Shown here piece after piece: positions 12,411-25,520 of a DNA stretch of 64,000 nt. The stretch's first letter is position 1; each line of letters starts with the position of its first letter. Source of the DNA: Octopus sinensis (Eukaryota); NCBI RefSeq assembly GCF_006345805.1, contig NC_042997.1, positions 94,984,001 through 95,048,000 on the forward strand, read 5' to 3'. The notes beneath the pieces are model-generated. The model saw nothing but the letters and a program-made list of their open reading frames with translations. It was not told the DNA's origin and did no database searches. Position numbers and translations under genes: made by a program.

Positions 12411-15400
12411 GCACAAAATTTCTAATGTGCCATAATTTGAAACCAATAATTGGCAGCATAAAAATTTGAATTTGTAATTAATGAATAAGGAAGATGTTGC
12501 ACAAATACACAAAATTTGTTTGTTTTTGCAAACATTACGAAGTTCTGAAATTTCCTTTTTGCTGGTAAGCATGTATAGTATTATTTCATATTTGTTTTAG
12601 AAGTTGTTAGATTGATATTACCCGAGATTTATAAACTAAACATTTTATGAAGCGATATTTATTTCTTATTCGCGAAATATTATCATACCCCGAAAAACTT
12701 CATGGAATATAATTTTCTTATCTTCTTAGAGCGTATTTATGTATTACTTTGGGATGCAGGTATTGGTTTCAAGAAGTAATCTCACGAAACGTAGTGGAAG
12801 AAGTGTTTCTTCGTAAACACAACGTATTGATGCTCGTCGACAGTTTATTGGATGACTTCAAATTCACAGCAGCAGATTTTCAAATATGCTTTGCCCCCTA
12901 GTGGTCAGATATATCAAGGGAGATAATCTATTCTTCATAATATCTGGCGGGTTTAGAAGAATGAATTTAAAATGAAGAAGTAAGAAAAAGACGCCTAGAT
13001 TACACATATTTCATTTTTTTATTTTGTGCATGTATTATAAAATTCTTAAAACTCGTCATCATTGATAATCCTGATAATCCTGATATATCGTTCTTTTCAA
13101 AAATCGTCACTATAATACAAGCTAAGATTTTAAAATTAATATTTGGATTTACCTTCATTAAATACATACAATTTACTGAAACTACATGACTACATGCCTT
13201 AGAAAATTTTCTGTCAAATGCAAACCTCACCTAAAATCTTATGTCATATTTTTATTATCGAATACATATACATATAATTTCGCTCGGTTTAAAGCACTTG
13301 TGTTTCTCAAACAGCATCTACATTTTAATCTCTATATTTGTTTTGTGGGCATTCCATAAATTTCTTCATTAGAAAGAATATCCTACATCATTTCTAGCCT
13401 CAGGTACATTGGGTAATTAACTCTTGAAATTTCTTCGTAAACTTGTCAAATTTAATATGAATCTTGTATTATTATAGCAGCTGGTGCCAGATTCGTAGCC
13501 TTGAGCCTTTGTTAGAAATCATTATTATAATGTTTCATTGAAAAATTGATTGCGAATCGGAAAAAATGATTTGTCATTCAACTTAGTTGCAGCTACTTAC
13601 TTGCATCTACTGCCGAGGTGGAACTGACAATATATCATTAAAATATCAATATCCTAAATAACTGTGAATTAGTCGACAGAGACTTACCTAAATTCACGAA
13701 GGTGTACTTGAGTTGTTGCCGTTGCTGTAGTTTTTGCTGTTATCATCATCATCATCATTATTAATATTATTATCGTTTTTATTTCTAGTACTACTTGTTC
13801 TCCCACAAAGCTTTGTTGAACTTTTATGAAAATAGATTACAGTTGTCGACTTTTGTTAAAAGTTTAAATAAGGACTGTACTTAACGGAACGGAACCTCCA
13901 AATTGTGCCCGCTATGGCAGAATTGTTGAAATATATACCTATTTTCGTATGCTTTTGTTGTCTTGTAAGAGTTCTTTTTCTCGTGGGAGTTGAAAATTTC
14001 GATATGGCTGTTCAAAGAAAAGTTCATAGAACTACCAGCTACACGAAAAACACACGTGAACTAAAACAACAGCAGCAACAATAAAAATAATAACAATAAT
14101 CACTACTACATCGGCGTATTTAATTACAGACAAAACAACGGTACAAGCAGCAAAATCAACAATAGCGACAGTAGCAAGCATAACAACTTCAGTAAGGAAA
14201 TAATCATAACGACAACAAAGCAATGGGGAAACGCACCACGAGCAGCAATTCTTTTGCTGTGAAGGTGATGCCATAAGCAAAGTACCTCTCGCTAAACGAG
14301 GAAGGAACACGTTTGATACAAGAGAAGCAGCTTGTAAAAGTGAGTTGGAGGAGATCACCAGCCATTCTAGCATACGTTTTGGGAGCAACTGCAAAGAGGT
14401 TTGTAGTTCATTGGCGTACGTCGCCAAAATGTGGAAGCAGTGACACACGCTGTGTTGGAAGCAGCTTCGTGGTCAAAGTAGATTATGTACTCCGAGTAAG
14501 CCAGGTCGAGAGAGTGAAGGTTTTCTTTAAGGTAAAACCCTTCGCACTGTAGAACACCAGAGTTCCCAATTTGTTTTGATAGTGAATTAATCGCGGAGGA
14601 GTGAGGGTGGCCACAACCTTGTGGAAAGTATGGATGACGATGAAAATAAACTGGCTAGACATTTTCAAAATAGTTTTGATTAGGGACCGCCGGTAATTTC
14701 TTGAAATAACTACCCTGTTATTGCTATTGTGGCGCATTACCGGTTCCAATTAAACTCAACATTCATGTATATTTAATAGACCGAAGAACAAAAGTACGCA
14801 AGTAGGCCGACAATTAGGAGTATGTAAGGAGAAATTACCCTGCAACTCTTGGTGAGCAAGGTGATTCTGTGTCTGTCGGGTTCGTTTGTCCCACCTGGAG
14901 ACATCTCTTCTTCCGTAGAAATTTTGTTACTATAAATTTCCCGATAAATGTTATTACTTAGCATTTACCTGGGCTCGAATAATTACACTCTATCCTTTTA
15001 TTTCTGTTGCCCTCGAAGGAGCCTCAAATACACATCCGAGTATTTGTGTTTCATGTCGCAATAGGGTTAACTTTTGATTTTCGTCTATTCTACTTTGATA
15101 TACACGGGGTTTATATGAACTAAAACAACAGCAGCAAGAAGATAAACAGCAACAATAATCACGACTGCATCGACGTTTTTAATTACAGACACACCAACGA
15201 TTCAAGCAGCAACATCAACAATAGCGACAGTAGCAAGCATAACAACTTCAGTAAGGAAATAATCATAACGATAACAAAGTAATGGGAAGGACTTTGTAAT
15301 TGTTTAAGAAACAATCCTTCCCATTATTGATCTTCATCTTATCGTTATTATTAATACGCCAATTTGTGTTTTCTACGTATCCGACGCGTGTGTCACGTTT

Positions 15401-16179
15401 AAGGGAAAGTATTTTTTGAAAAAAAAGTTTAGCTAGATCTTTTGTAATTTCTACAAGATATTTGAAAGTACGACCTTTGTGTTGCATTACTACTTCTCAA
15501 AACCTATGCCTACCGGTCCACCGAAGCACTAACGATCTTAATGGGAAAATTAAGATACTTAAATTTGACGCGTGCGCCGAGCAAGGAAGAGGGGGAAGTG
15601 AGAAACAAAGAGCGTTAGAGAATGAGTGGGAGTGGTTGAATTCCTTTGAATTCCTTTCTACGATTGAACTAAAATTAACACCTGGCTATTAAAAGTCCAA
15701 CTACACACACCCATTTGAATTTCGCCATACACCAGATAACATGTTAAGCTTTATGTTCCGAAATTTAAATATTATACTTGTTTTAATCATTAAATTACAC
15801 ATCAGCTAAAAAAATATATATATATTTTGGCTTTCGAATATACCTTTTCTTTCTCTTTCTATACTGTTGTTAAGTTACAATTTCTCCGTTCTACTCAGGA
15901 TTTTTCCAATTTCTTTTTCCTTGTATCAAGTAATGGATGAAAGCATAATAAAAATTAAATTCATAGAACCGAACAAAATCAAAAATATTCTATTTTTTCC
16001 CTTTCTTTAATACTTTCAAGAGTATGAGAGAGATTTGGCTGTTATTTCTAGCAAATTGAACAACCGCACAGAGTTGCTCAATTTACTCATTTGTTGATAT
16101 GTATAAGAAAACAAAAACTAAAAGATACATACACACACATACACTCATACAAACACAAATATATATATATATATATGAA

Positions 16180-16382
16180 TGTGTCTGTGTTTATCCCCCC
16201 CACCGCCATTGCTTGACAACCGATGTTGCTGTAACTTAGCTGTTCAGCACAAGAGACTGATAGAAGTATCACAAAGTTTACAGGGAATAAGTCCAGGGGT
16301 CAATATATTCGACTAAAGGGTGGTGCTCGAAAATGGCCACCGTCAGATGTCTGAAACAAGTAAAAGAATTAAAGAATACGAG
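16180..16382 (+). mobile_element. SINE family C, 3' half
   Basis: CTTGACAACCGATG...GTAACTTAGC...ACTGAAACAAGTAAAAGA matches the 3' halves of the copies at 27220-27415 and 36555-36690. Confidence 0.7.
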
Positions 16383-16574
16383 AAAAACGTCCCGTACCAC
16401 GAAACCAAGAGGATTCTCTGAATATGTACAATGTATTTTTAGACCAAATAGTAATTCTGTTTATATTTGAGTAACTGAGATATTTTGGTTGGATTATGTA
16501 GTTAACGGTTTTACCCTTCTTTGTATATTCTGTAATAGGCGCAATGATACTTCTCTAGTATAGGATCAAGTCCT

Positions 16575-16763
16575 GAAATTTTGCGGGGAGAGGGCCGTTC
16601 AAATATACTGACACCAGTATGCAACTGGTACTTAATTTATCGATATCGAAAGGATGAAAAGCAAAGTCGACCTCGACAGTATTTGAACTCAGAACGTAAA
16701 GGCAGACAAAATATTGCTAAGCATTTCGCCCGGCGTGCTAACAATTCTTCCAGCTCGCTGCCT
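16575..16763 (-). mobile_element. SINE family A
   Basis: Reverse complement reads AAGGCAGCGAGCTGGAAGAATTGTTAGCACGCCGGGCGAAATGCTTAGC...GAGTTCAAATAC. Confidence 0.85.
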
Positions 16764-16879
16764 TTAACTATCACAATAGAGAAACATTTTTCATTGTACA
16801 AGCACACCATTTATAGATGCTTACATTGCTTATATTTTCCGTGAACTTTTCACGGGTCCAGCTAGTTATAGTTATTATT

Positions 16880-17470
16880 ATAACGCTGTTATATGCTACT
16901 TTAGTTAGTAGGGACCTTGTAGTGAGGTTTAGAGACTATAAGTCGCCTCAAAATCTCAAGGGTCGTTCATAGGATTCTTGGAGCATATAGTGCTGCATTT
17001 CTGCAGGTTGCTAGTACCTATCACAGTATTAATATCTTTCAAACTCAACGGGAACAGTTTCGGTGTTGTGCCAAGTACACTGGAATAATTGCCATCTTTG
17101 TTTTCCACAATCTCTTCATCACTCTGTGTATATTATGATAATTTCTATTTTCTCAGTTTCTTTGGATCCACTTTATGATCATACAATATTGCAATTCTAT
17201 GATCTAACACTATTTATTTTTCTGCGCAATACAATCATATCTGGTGTATTTGCTTCAATAATCTATAATATTTATAGAGAAATACCACCAAATTCTATCG
17301 TTTTACTCCATTACAGACTCTGGCTTGTGTTCTTTCTACTTTTCTGTTACTCTGAATGCACACATTAACTGGAATGTCGCACACTCTTTTACCTAGGCGA
17401 CCATGCATGCGCTTATACGTTTTTTGCTAACTGATTACATTCTGTAACATGATTGTTAAGATATTTGTTT
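16880..17470 (-). mobile_element. R4/Dong-type LINE 3' fragment (zinc knuckle and RLE endonuclease, decayed)
   Basis: Minus-strand translation gives HVTECNQLAK...EHKPESVM...W.F...PDMIV, with a 3' UTR ending in TAA repeats near 16880. Multiple stops and frameshifts. Confidence 0.65.
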
Positions 17471-17479
17471 TTTCAGAAT

Positions 17480-17880
17480 ATTTCTGTATGGATGCTAAGC
17501 CAGGGATCATTCTTAAATAATATTGAGTTCCTTTTTTGCTCAATCCAAGTGCTCTTACAATCACTGGTATTGTTACCGCCTTAAGATGCCATCAGTCTTC
17601 GATCTCAACGAGTAAATCCTCATGTTTGCCGAGCTTGTCAAATTCTTTTGCCGAGATATTATGATCATAAGCAATACTCATGTCGATCAATAATCAGACT
17701 TTATTATTTTGGTCTTTCACAACGTCATCTGGTTTATTGAATTTGATGGTTATCTCTGTATGTACTGGAAATTACAAGTTTTCTCTTTTTTTTTATTAAC
17801 CACAACAATGTTTTATTGATGATCATGTGATCCTTGATACCCTGAGAACGCTTCGTACATACCTTTTGCTCCCTTGGTAG
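17480..17880 (-). mobile_element. R4/Dong-type LINE 3' fragment (RLE endonuclease)
   Basis: FPVHTEITIKFNKPDDVVKDQNNKV*LLIDMSIAYDHNISAKEFDKLGKHEDL...TIPVIVRALG, a PD..D..K RLE signature. Confidence 0.75.
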
Positions 17881-18450
17881 TATTTCTTCGTGTGTCAGAA
17901 AAGCTAAAATATGAACGAAAATAACCAGCGCTCTTCGTATTGTTTATTCACTTTTGTAAAGAGTTACGTCAATCCTTTTAAAATATCAAACTCAAGTACA
18001 TTGAAATGATCCATTTTATGTTACACCGAATAAGAAATGGGACATTTGGAAATTCTGGGAATTACTCAAACAATCGGGTGTCTTAGGAAGATCGTAATTT
18101 AAATTATAGCTTTTGCCCATCATTCCTTCTTACAATTGGCTTGTCAGCCCTGTTAGTTTCGCTAGACCCCAGTGCGGAGCCTAATCGTAGGCCAATGAAT
18201 TTTACAACGTATGGACGCTAGTTGCTCTCGTTCAGATTTTGGCTTTGAATTTCTATATAAATTTGAATTTTTATGACTTTTCATATTGAACTCGACAAAG
18301 AGACGCGTGCTGCCGAAATATCGTTCAGCCAATCAAATATCTATTGCAATCGCATCGCCCTCTTCGTATCGTCTATTTACTTTTGTGAAGAATTACTTCA
18401 AGCCTTTTAAATTATTATTATTATTATCATCATCATTATTATTATTATTA

Positions 18451-18528
<78 letters not shown>

Positions 18529-18529
<1 letters not shown>

Positions 18530-21500
18530 ACTCAACAGATTATACTATTTGAAAAGAAAAGAATCATAACATCAGGCCACAACAAGTTGCTTTAGATACC
18601 AAGAACACTGCTATCGGGTTACAGGAAGTAAAACTTAGATGCCAAGAACCCTCCCAATTATCGTAGCTGTCCATAGTAACACTGTTCTCTGCAGCTGTAC
18701 TGAACTGGGTCTTATGCCTATTCCCTCTATCCATCTGTTCAGATCTTTAGGGATAGTTCCCAATGTCCCTATAACTACTGGGATACATTCTACCCGGAAT
18801 TTCCATAGTCTCTGTAATTCAATAGCTAAGTCCTACTACTTTGCTATTTGTTTCTATACCCATATTTCTTTTTCATAATTTCGGACTGTAAATTCAATTA
18901 TCTGGCACTTTCTACTGTCTTTATCTACTGCCACCAAATCAGATCTTCTAGCTTCTATTACTCTGTCAGTCTGGTCCCACAACATCTCGTATTTCTTACT
19001 TTCTAGGACTTTACTAGATTCATGTTCATACCATTTATCCATGGGTCTAAATCCTAGCTTTCTACAAAGCACCCAGCGTATTGCTCTCCTTAGATTGTCA
19101 TGTGTTTTCTTGTATTCTTTCTGTGGAGGTACGCTACATTCACTTACTATATGAGTAACGCACTCCTCTTTTGATTTGCATAATCTACATTGGGAATCTT
19201 CTTGGATTTTGTCTATTTTGGATTTAATTATCATTAATGCTTTATCTTGTGCATCTACTAACAAACTTTCTTCTGCCTCTTCAGCTTTCCATTCTGCACC
19301 ATAACCATGTCTCACTACTACTATTTGCAGAAACTATCATGGGGAATCTAACATGCAACGCCTGCTTCTGCCGGTCAGATAATTTCCTTTTTTTTTCCTG
19401 GTTTTTATGTTCGTTTGTTGTTTTGGTTCCCCTATATTTTGCTACGACTCTAACAGCTTTTAACACACTTTCTTCACTGTTATCTACATAGGAGTCTATA
19501 TCTGCTCTAGCTAACTCGACGCAGTTTTCCATTGATATTAACCCTCTTATACCTTCCTTTCTAGGTAGGTATAATCTTGCTACTCCTGTCCTTGGGTGGA
19601 GTCCTCCATTCATATTGAATTTCTTCCCAGTTCTTTTGTCTATCTTTGCCTATTCAGTTTTTGTCTAGACTACAAAAGCTGCTGAGTATCTGGGTAATGA
19701 CACAGCCTAAGGATTTACAGCCTTCACTGGATTCAGGCCATTTAGATTTGACTTCATTAGCTTCCTTACCCTTCTGATTTCGTTTTTGTTTCTGTTGTAA
19801 AATTATGTAATCAAATACTCCTAGATACTTATAACTCTCTCCTCCTTTTTATGATTTTAATATATGCCTATCTCGTAATTGGATACCTTCGCTGTTGACT
19901 ACATGTTCCCTTCTCATGACTAATATTGCACACTTATCTACGCTAAATGCCATACCTATATCTTTCCTGAAGAGTCTAACAGTCTCCATTAAGGAATTTG
20001 TCTCTTTTTCATTCTTAGAACAAATGATTCATTTTTCTATGAGTATTTCTGAACTGATACCTTGCCTTTGGTTTCCTTAATTCTACACTGAGGGAAATAA
20101 AACATAAAACAAATATTAAAGGGGGCGACAAGTCCCCTTGAAATTCCTATTTCGATATTAACTTTCCCTAAGAGTGCCCATATGCTGTCAGGTCCGTCCT
20201 CCACTTCGCCATACATTTCCCAAGCAATCGCCCAACATTCGATGCAATACCAAATAGGTTCATACATTCAATAACACAAGTATGTGGGATCATATCGTAC
20301 GCCTTACGATAATCCATCTGTGACATGGCTTTGCTAGGAGTTGATCCTTGGTACCTCTATACTTACACTTGCAACCCTTCTGCTCATGTGTCAAGACTCC
20401 ATTTGTTCCAGATGTCGGTTCATCTCAGTTAATAATTCCCACATGCTTGGCGAGCAGGATATCGGCCTGTAATTGTCTACCGTGTTGCCTTTCGATGTTT
20501 TTCAACGACAACACTGTCTTACCCATTGCCAACCACTCTGGTGTTACTTGGTCGGAATTTAACAAGGTGTTGAGTTGTGCAGCTATTCGTGCATGACATT
20601 CACTAAATCTTTTGATCCAGTAGCCTTGGATCTGGTCCCAGGGCCTTCCAGTTGCTCATTTCTGTGCAGATTTCCTTCAATTCCCTAACTGAAATCACCA
20701 GTTCTGCCTGGTTTGGACAGACTACTGTTTGTTTCAGTTGTTGCAACTATCCAGTATTCTTCTTGTGCTTCTTGTCTTTGCTCCAGATATCTTTCTAAAC
20801 CTTTGACTTTCAACGTTATCAGCTATCGACTTTTTATCTGTACACTCTCCATTTATTTCATTGTAGAATCACTTCTGATCTACTCTGATTAACATAGTCT
20901 GTTAATATCCCATCATTTTCTGGGTTTATCTAACCATCTGTGCTTCCTTTGCAACGGGGCGCTGTTTCAGTTCCTCCATTATCCCTTGTAGGCCCTGTCT
21001 TTCAATATTATACTTCCTGTTCAGCGCCCAGTAATTTCGTCCACTTTTAACCTCCCCCTTTTCTTTTTGGTCTAACACAGAAATGTCCTTCGAGAGCATA
21101 TTCTTCTTTTCCACCATGGATCTTTTCTGTCTTTACTCCCATTATATTTCTTTTTCTTGACATCAGCACCCACATTTCCCGCTACAACAATACTTGCTGC
21201 CTCGAACAAATAATTTGTTTCTGTGATGTTTTTCGTCTGATGTATTTCAGAATTTCATTGACATATTTCGTTTCTTGGTTTAATTTCCACCAATCAACCT
21301 TTTGAAGTTTGCAAATAATGTCACTATCGTTTTCCTGTAGTCTTACCTTTATTCTGTCTAGATTACATTTTGCCCATCTGTCATGTCACCATCAGTTTTG
21401 TTATCTTCTTCCAAACCATCTATATGTCTCTCATCGAGCAAGCTATCACTGTTCCTTTCCTGTGGTTTATTATAGATTTCACCTCTGTTTTCTGCTACGC

Positions 21501-22040
21501 GATTACTTTTATCAGTAGGAACTATATTTTCATTGTTTCCTCTGCTGGTGTTTCCTAATGCCCGTCTTTTGATAGCTTCGAGCTCTACTCATGTGAAACA
21601 ACAAGTTTATCTTATTACTCTAGCTTGGTAATATAATCTCTGTTCTATGAATTGAAACAATGCTCTTTCTCTCCATTGATCATACGTTGTCGATATCTGC
21701 TAAGATGAACTCCATTTTCGTCTACAGGGTTGCTCAGGTAGTAATACTCCATGACCATAGCATTGATTCGTTTGTTCTATCTACGCCGTGTGTGGTGGTC
21801 CCTTGCTGGATAATGATAGGCTGGTGTCGGACCAGTATCTCTGAGCCTGCCGGGTGTAACAATTTCTCCATCAAGGGCTTCAGTTTCATTATTATCAGTA
21901 TTTCACAATATTTTTTTTTATTTTCACTCATATGAGGTAGCGGTTATTAGGTTGCACAATTACCAATGTTTTCACTGGGACACCATCACGAGATGTATCA
22001 TCAATCAAAGCATAGTGAGATTCCAACCGCTTCCTTGCAT
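18529..22040 (-). mobile_element. Full-length decayed R4/Dong-type LINE (~3.5 kb), apparently chimeric
   Basis: The 5' end ATGCAAGGAAGCGG matches 52135. It has RT motifs, LHPRTGVARLYLPRKEG, CRLCKSKEECVTHIVSEC (CCHC) and ARRSDLVAVD (RLE). The 3' end abuts (TAA)n at 18411-18528. Many stops. Confidence 0.9.
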
Positions 22041-22525
22041 TATTATTATGATTACCGATATTATTACTTTCATTTTATACTACGATTTGTCATTGTTAAT
22101 ATTTCCTCTGATCTGACATTGGTTTTGGCTAAATTATCATCATTACTACCATCACCATTATTACCATCATTATTATTTCCATTTATTATTAAAAGAAATT
22201 ATCGAATATTGTTTCGTCTCAACTTTTGTCTTGTACTTGAGATGATCATAAATATGTGTGTATTCAAAGGAATAGTGGAAGCAAGAGAGACAGCTTGATG
22301 GATAGATTAAATTCCACAGGTTTGTAAATAGAATCGGTAGATGGGGAAGAGATCAGTAATGGGCATTACTGTGCGATAAGCCGACAAAAGTAGCCTCACA
22401 CCCTTGGGGTCAGCAGAGGTCAAATGTGTTTATTACTGCAAGCGATCATTGAGAGCCGTGACTTCTTGAAAAGAACCGATTTACCTTGTTTTATTTTTAA
22501 TTACTGATGGAAAAAAAATGATTAT

Positions 22526-22594
<69 letters not shown>

Positions 22595-22637
22595 CTTATT
22601 ATTATCTTTATTCTTCTTCTTCTTATTATTATTATTA

Positions 22638-22769
22638 TATCGTTCAGCCAATCAAATATCTATTGCAATCGCATCGCCCTCTTCGTATCGTCTATTTACT
22701 TTTGTGAAGAATTACTTCAAGCCTTTTAAATTATTATTATTATTATCATCATCATTATTATTATTATTA

Positions 22770-22800
<31 letters not shown>
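22638..22800. repeat. Identical direct duplicate of 18319-18480 (about 90 bp unique sequence plus a variant (TTA)n pattern)
   Basis: TATCGTTCAGCCAATCAAATATC...GCCTTTTAAA followed by (TTA)5(TCA)3(TTA)5 TTG in both copies. Confidence 0.95.
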
Positions 22801-22850
<50 letters not shown>

Positions 22851-22934
22851 TATTATTATTATTATTATTATTTTATATAACTGTTCAACATTCGATATTA
22901 TTATTATTACTCTTATTATTTACTTTTAATCTGC

Positions 22935-23285
22935 ATGTATGTTACAATCACTCGCCGAAACATACTCAGCGTCCTAGGGTGGGTGAAAGATAAGACATGT
23001 TACAGTGTGACTGAAAAACTGGGGAGGGGGTGTGGCAGGGACAGTAGCGAAATACCTTCATGTAATACAACACAGACATTTAAATTGATAGGGCTTTTCA
23101 CAGTATATGGGCAGTACATGTCAGCACAATCTTTTGGATTTCTCTGAGACATGATTCTCCGAAGATATTATCTAGATGTTTCTGATATCCCTTTCTCATC
23201 ATATTTGGGGCACCCGCAATAGCAGGAACAGTACTCGCTTTAAGACGCTACTTTCTGTATTTCTATTTCCAGGTCCTTATATTTA
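22935..23285 (-). mobile_element. R4/Dong-type LINE 3' end fragment
   Basis: Minus strand KYKDLEIEIQK...IQKIVLTCTAHIL*KALSI*, homologous to the C-terminus of the element at 57262. Confidence 0.7.
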
Positions 23286-23584
23286 TCATCATCATTAATA
23301 TTATTATTATTCGCTGCCGCCATGTCATTATTATTATTTTATAATTGTTCAATATTTGGTATTACTATTATTGTCATTATTGTTGTTGTTATTATCATTA
23401 CTATTATTAATCATTTCATTATATGTAGACGCCTACGAATTATAGCTATCTGTATATTGTCCCCCTCAGCCTCATCATCATCATCATCATCATTATTATC
23501 ATTATTGTTTTTGTTGCTGTTATGAATCTTTTTCTTCTTCTTCTTCTTCTTCTTATTATTATTATTATTATTATTACTACTACG

Positions 23585-23639
<55 letters not shown>

Positions 23640-25199
23640 TTATTATTATTATTATACTTATTGTCATTATTTTTATTATCATTATTTGCTGCTGCCATGT
23701 TCGGGTTTTTTTTTCATGTAGCTCGTCGAGAATGGATTGTAACATCTTTCATCTACTTAAGTACAATTTTCATATAGTGCATAGTCGATCCTTTTACACT
23801 CTGGAGACTATTATATCATGTTCAGATGGAAAACGCAGTTTTATGTTGCAAGAGAAATTTTCACATTTCAGTCATGTTTAGGTATGTTGCTTCATATGAC
23901 GATGCAGCGAGATAAATCAATTTAAGACAAACATTGTTTGAAATAATTTTACACCGAGAAAAAAATATCCTCAATCAGTTTATTTGCAATCGCATCCTAG
24001 GAGATATATTAATATTTCTTTAGGGAATAATAATCTTGAGAATTGTTTTAAGGGTTTGTTACAATCAGACAACCAAAAAATCAATATAAGCACACATACA
24101 ATGTACCGATAAAAGTTTGAGTGGTGGACGAATTCTGTCGTTTGGAATCATATCTTCCAGCATTTAGACAAAAGGGAGACACATGTTTACTTTACACGAC
24201 ATAACGTAAGTACGTCTCTATGAGACTTAGCAACAGTTCTAAGAATACATCTGAGAACATAAGTTTTATCTTTTCCGGCTGTTATTGCAAACGTTTTAGG
24301 ACAAGAAAGAGAAGGAAGTATAAAGGGATCAGGTTTTTGCATACTACACAATATAGCGAACAAGTACGAATGCAACAAAAATTATACCTCAACAGAAGAA
24401 AACTGATGGACACAACTCTTTCTGTATTGAGAGAAAAACTCAGGGAACTACGAAACGACATGACGTATGAGTACAAGAAGCTCACTCTGCTTTTATGGTT
24501 TTCTTTTCTTGTTATATCCTTGATTATATATTATTCCATATCCGTGAGAAGCATTGCATTTATATTTTCTGTTACCGTAAGACTTTCAAGTGACCTCACC
24601 CCCATTTCAAGTTACCTTCCGGTAATTTGAAGTCATTTTCAAATTCCCTCTTCAGTGTTCACATCACCCACTGTCTGATTTCACTAAAATGATAAATTTT
24701 AATGCTTACAACACCTGATAAGTTTTGTACCATCAAGCTCGTATAGTATTCATGAATGTAAGCTAATCTTAAAATATGAAAACCAGTCCTGGTTTATAAA
24801 CGTTTGGAATTTTTTATGAAGTCTTTTGCTCTCATGCACTATCATTTTCTCTATTGATTATTTGATTTAATTTTAATTCTTTAGTTCCATTTGTATTATT
24901 CATGTTCCAAAGGTAATGCTGTCATTTTTGTACTATTTACTACGAGACGTATATTGTAGACCAACAGTGTCGGTTTCATAATAGTTTATAGTTATAAATA
25001 CCGTATACCAGCTTATATTTGCTGTAAATTTAATTCTATCAGATATTAGACTGATGTAAATATAATTCTATCAGTCATTAGATACTGAATTCTAAATGTA
25101 GTCATTATTTTAATGTTTAGTCATGCTAGTTCGCTTAGTGTCCAATTCGACATTATATAACTGGAAACTATTACTGGAACAAACATTTAAAGGGTTAAT

Positions 25200-25520
25200 A
25201 TAATGCGACCAAGATTTTCCTTTCTTAATTTTCTTTCAATTCTGTCTGTTCTACCTTATATAGTTTATTTATTGCTAAGTATCTGTATGCCTGCAATTGG
25301 TCAACGTCTTTTATCTCACTGCCTTTATGTAGCAAGATATTAATATTCCTATTAAATTTGCTTTTCTTCGAAGATGCTTTGTCGCACGTTTTTAAACCAA
25401 ATCTCGTAACAATGTCCTGTCTGCTATAGTCTATGAAGTTGTTTATCATTTGAAGCATACAAATTGCAATCATTCACATAGGAAATATGGTTGATTATCT
25501 AATAGTTATTATAATGTTCA
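25200..25520 (-). mobile_element. R4/Dong-type LINE internal fragment (RT C-terminal part)
   Basis: SRQDIVTRFGLKTCDKAS...IKDVDQLQAYRYLAI corresponds to FSDDIRMQFGLDKCAKAT...IKELDPAESYKYLGV in the 57262 ORF. Confidence 0.7.

Noticed and set aside
14208-14450. Plus-strand Cys-containing frame with a KR site (possible prepropeptide)
   Set aside because: No start codon or signal peptide, no repeated peptide motif and no recognisable family.
24282-24485. Minus-strand ORF with ERVVSI resembling a GPCR TM3/ICL2 motif
   Set aside because: Only 67 aa, with no flanking TM helices in frame; the similarity could easily be chance.
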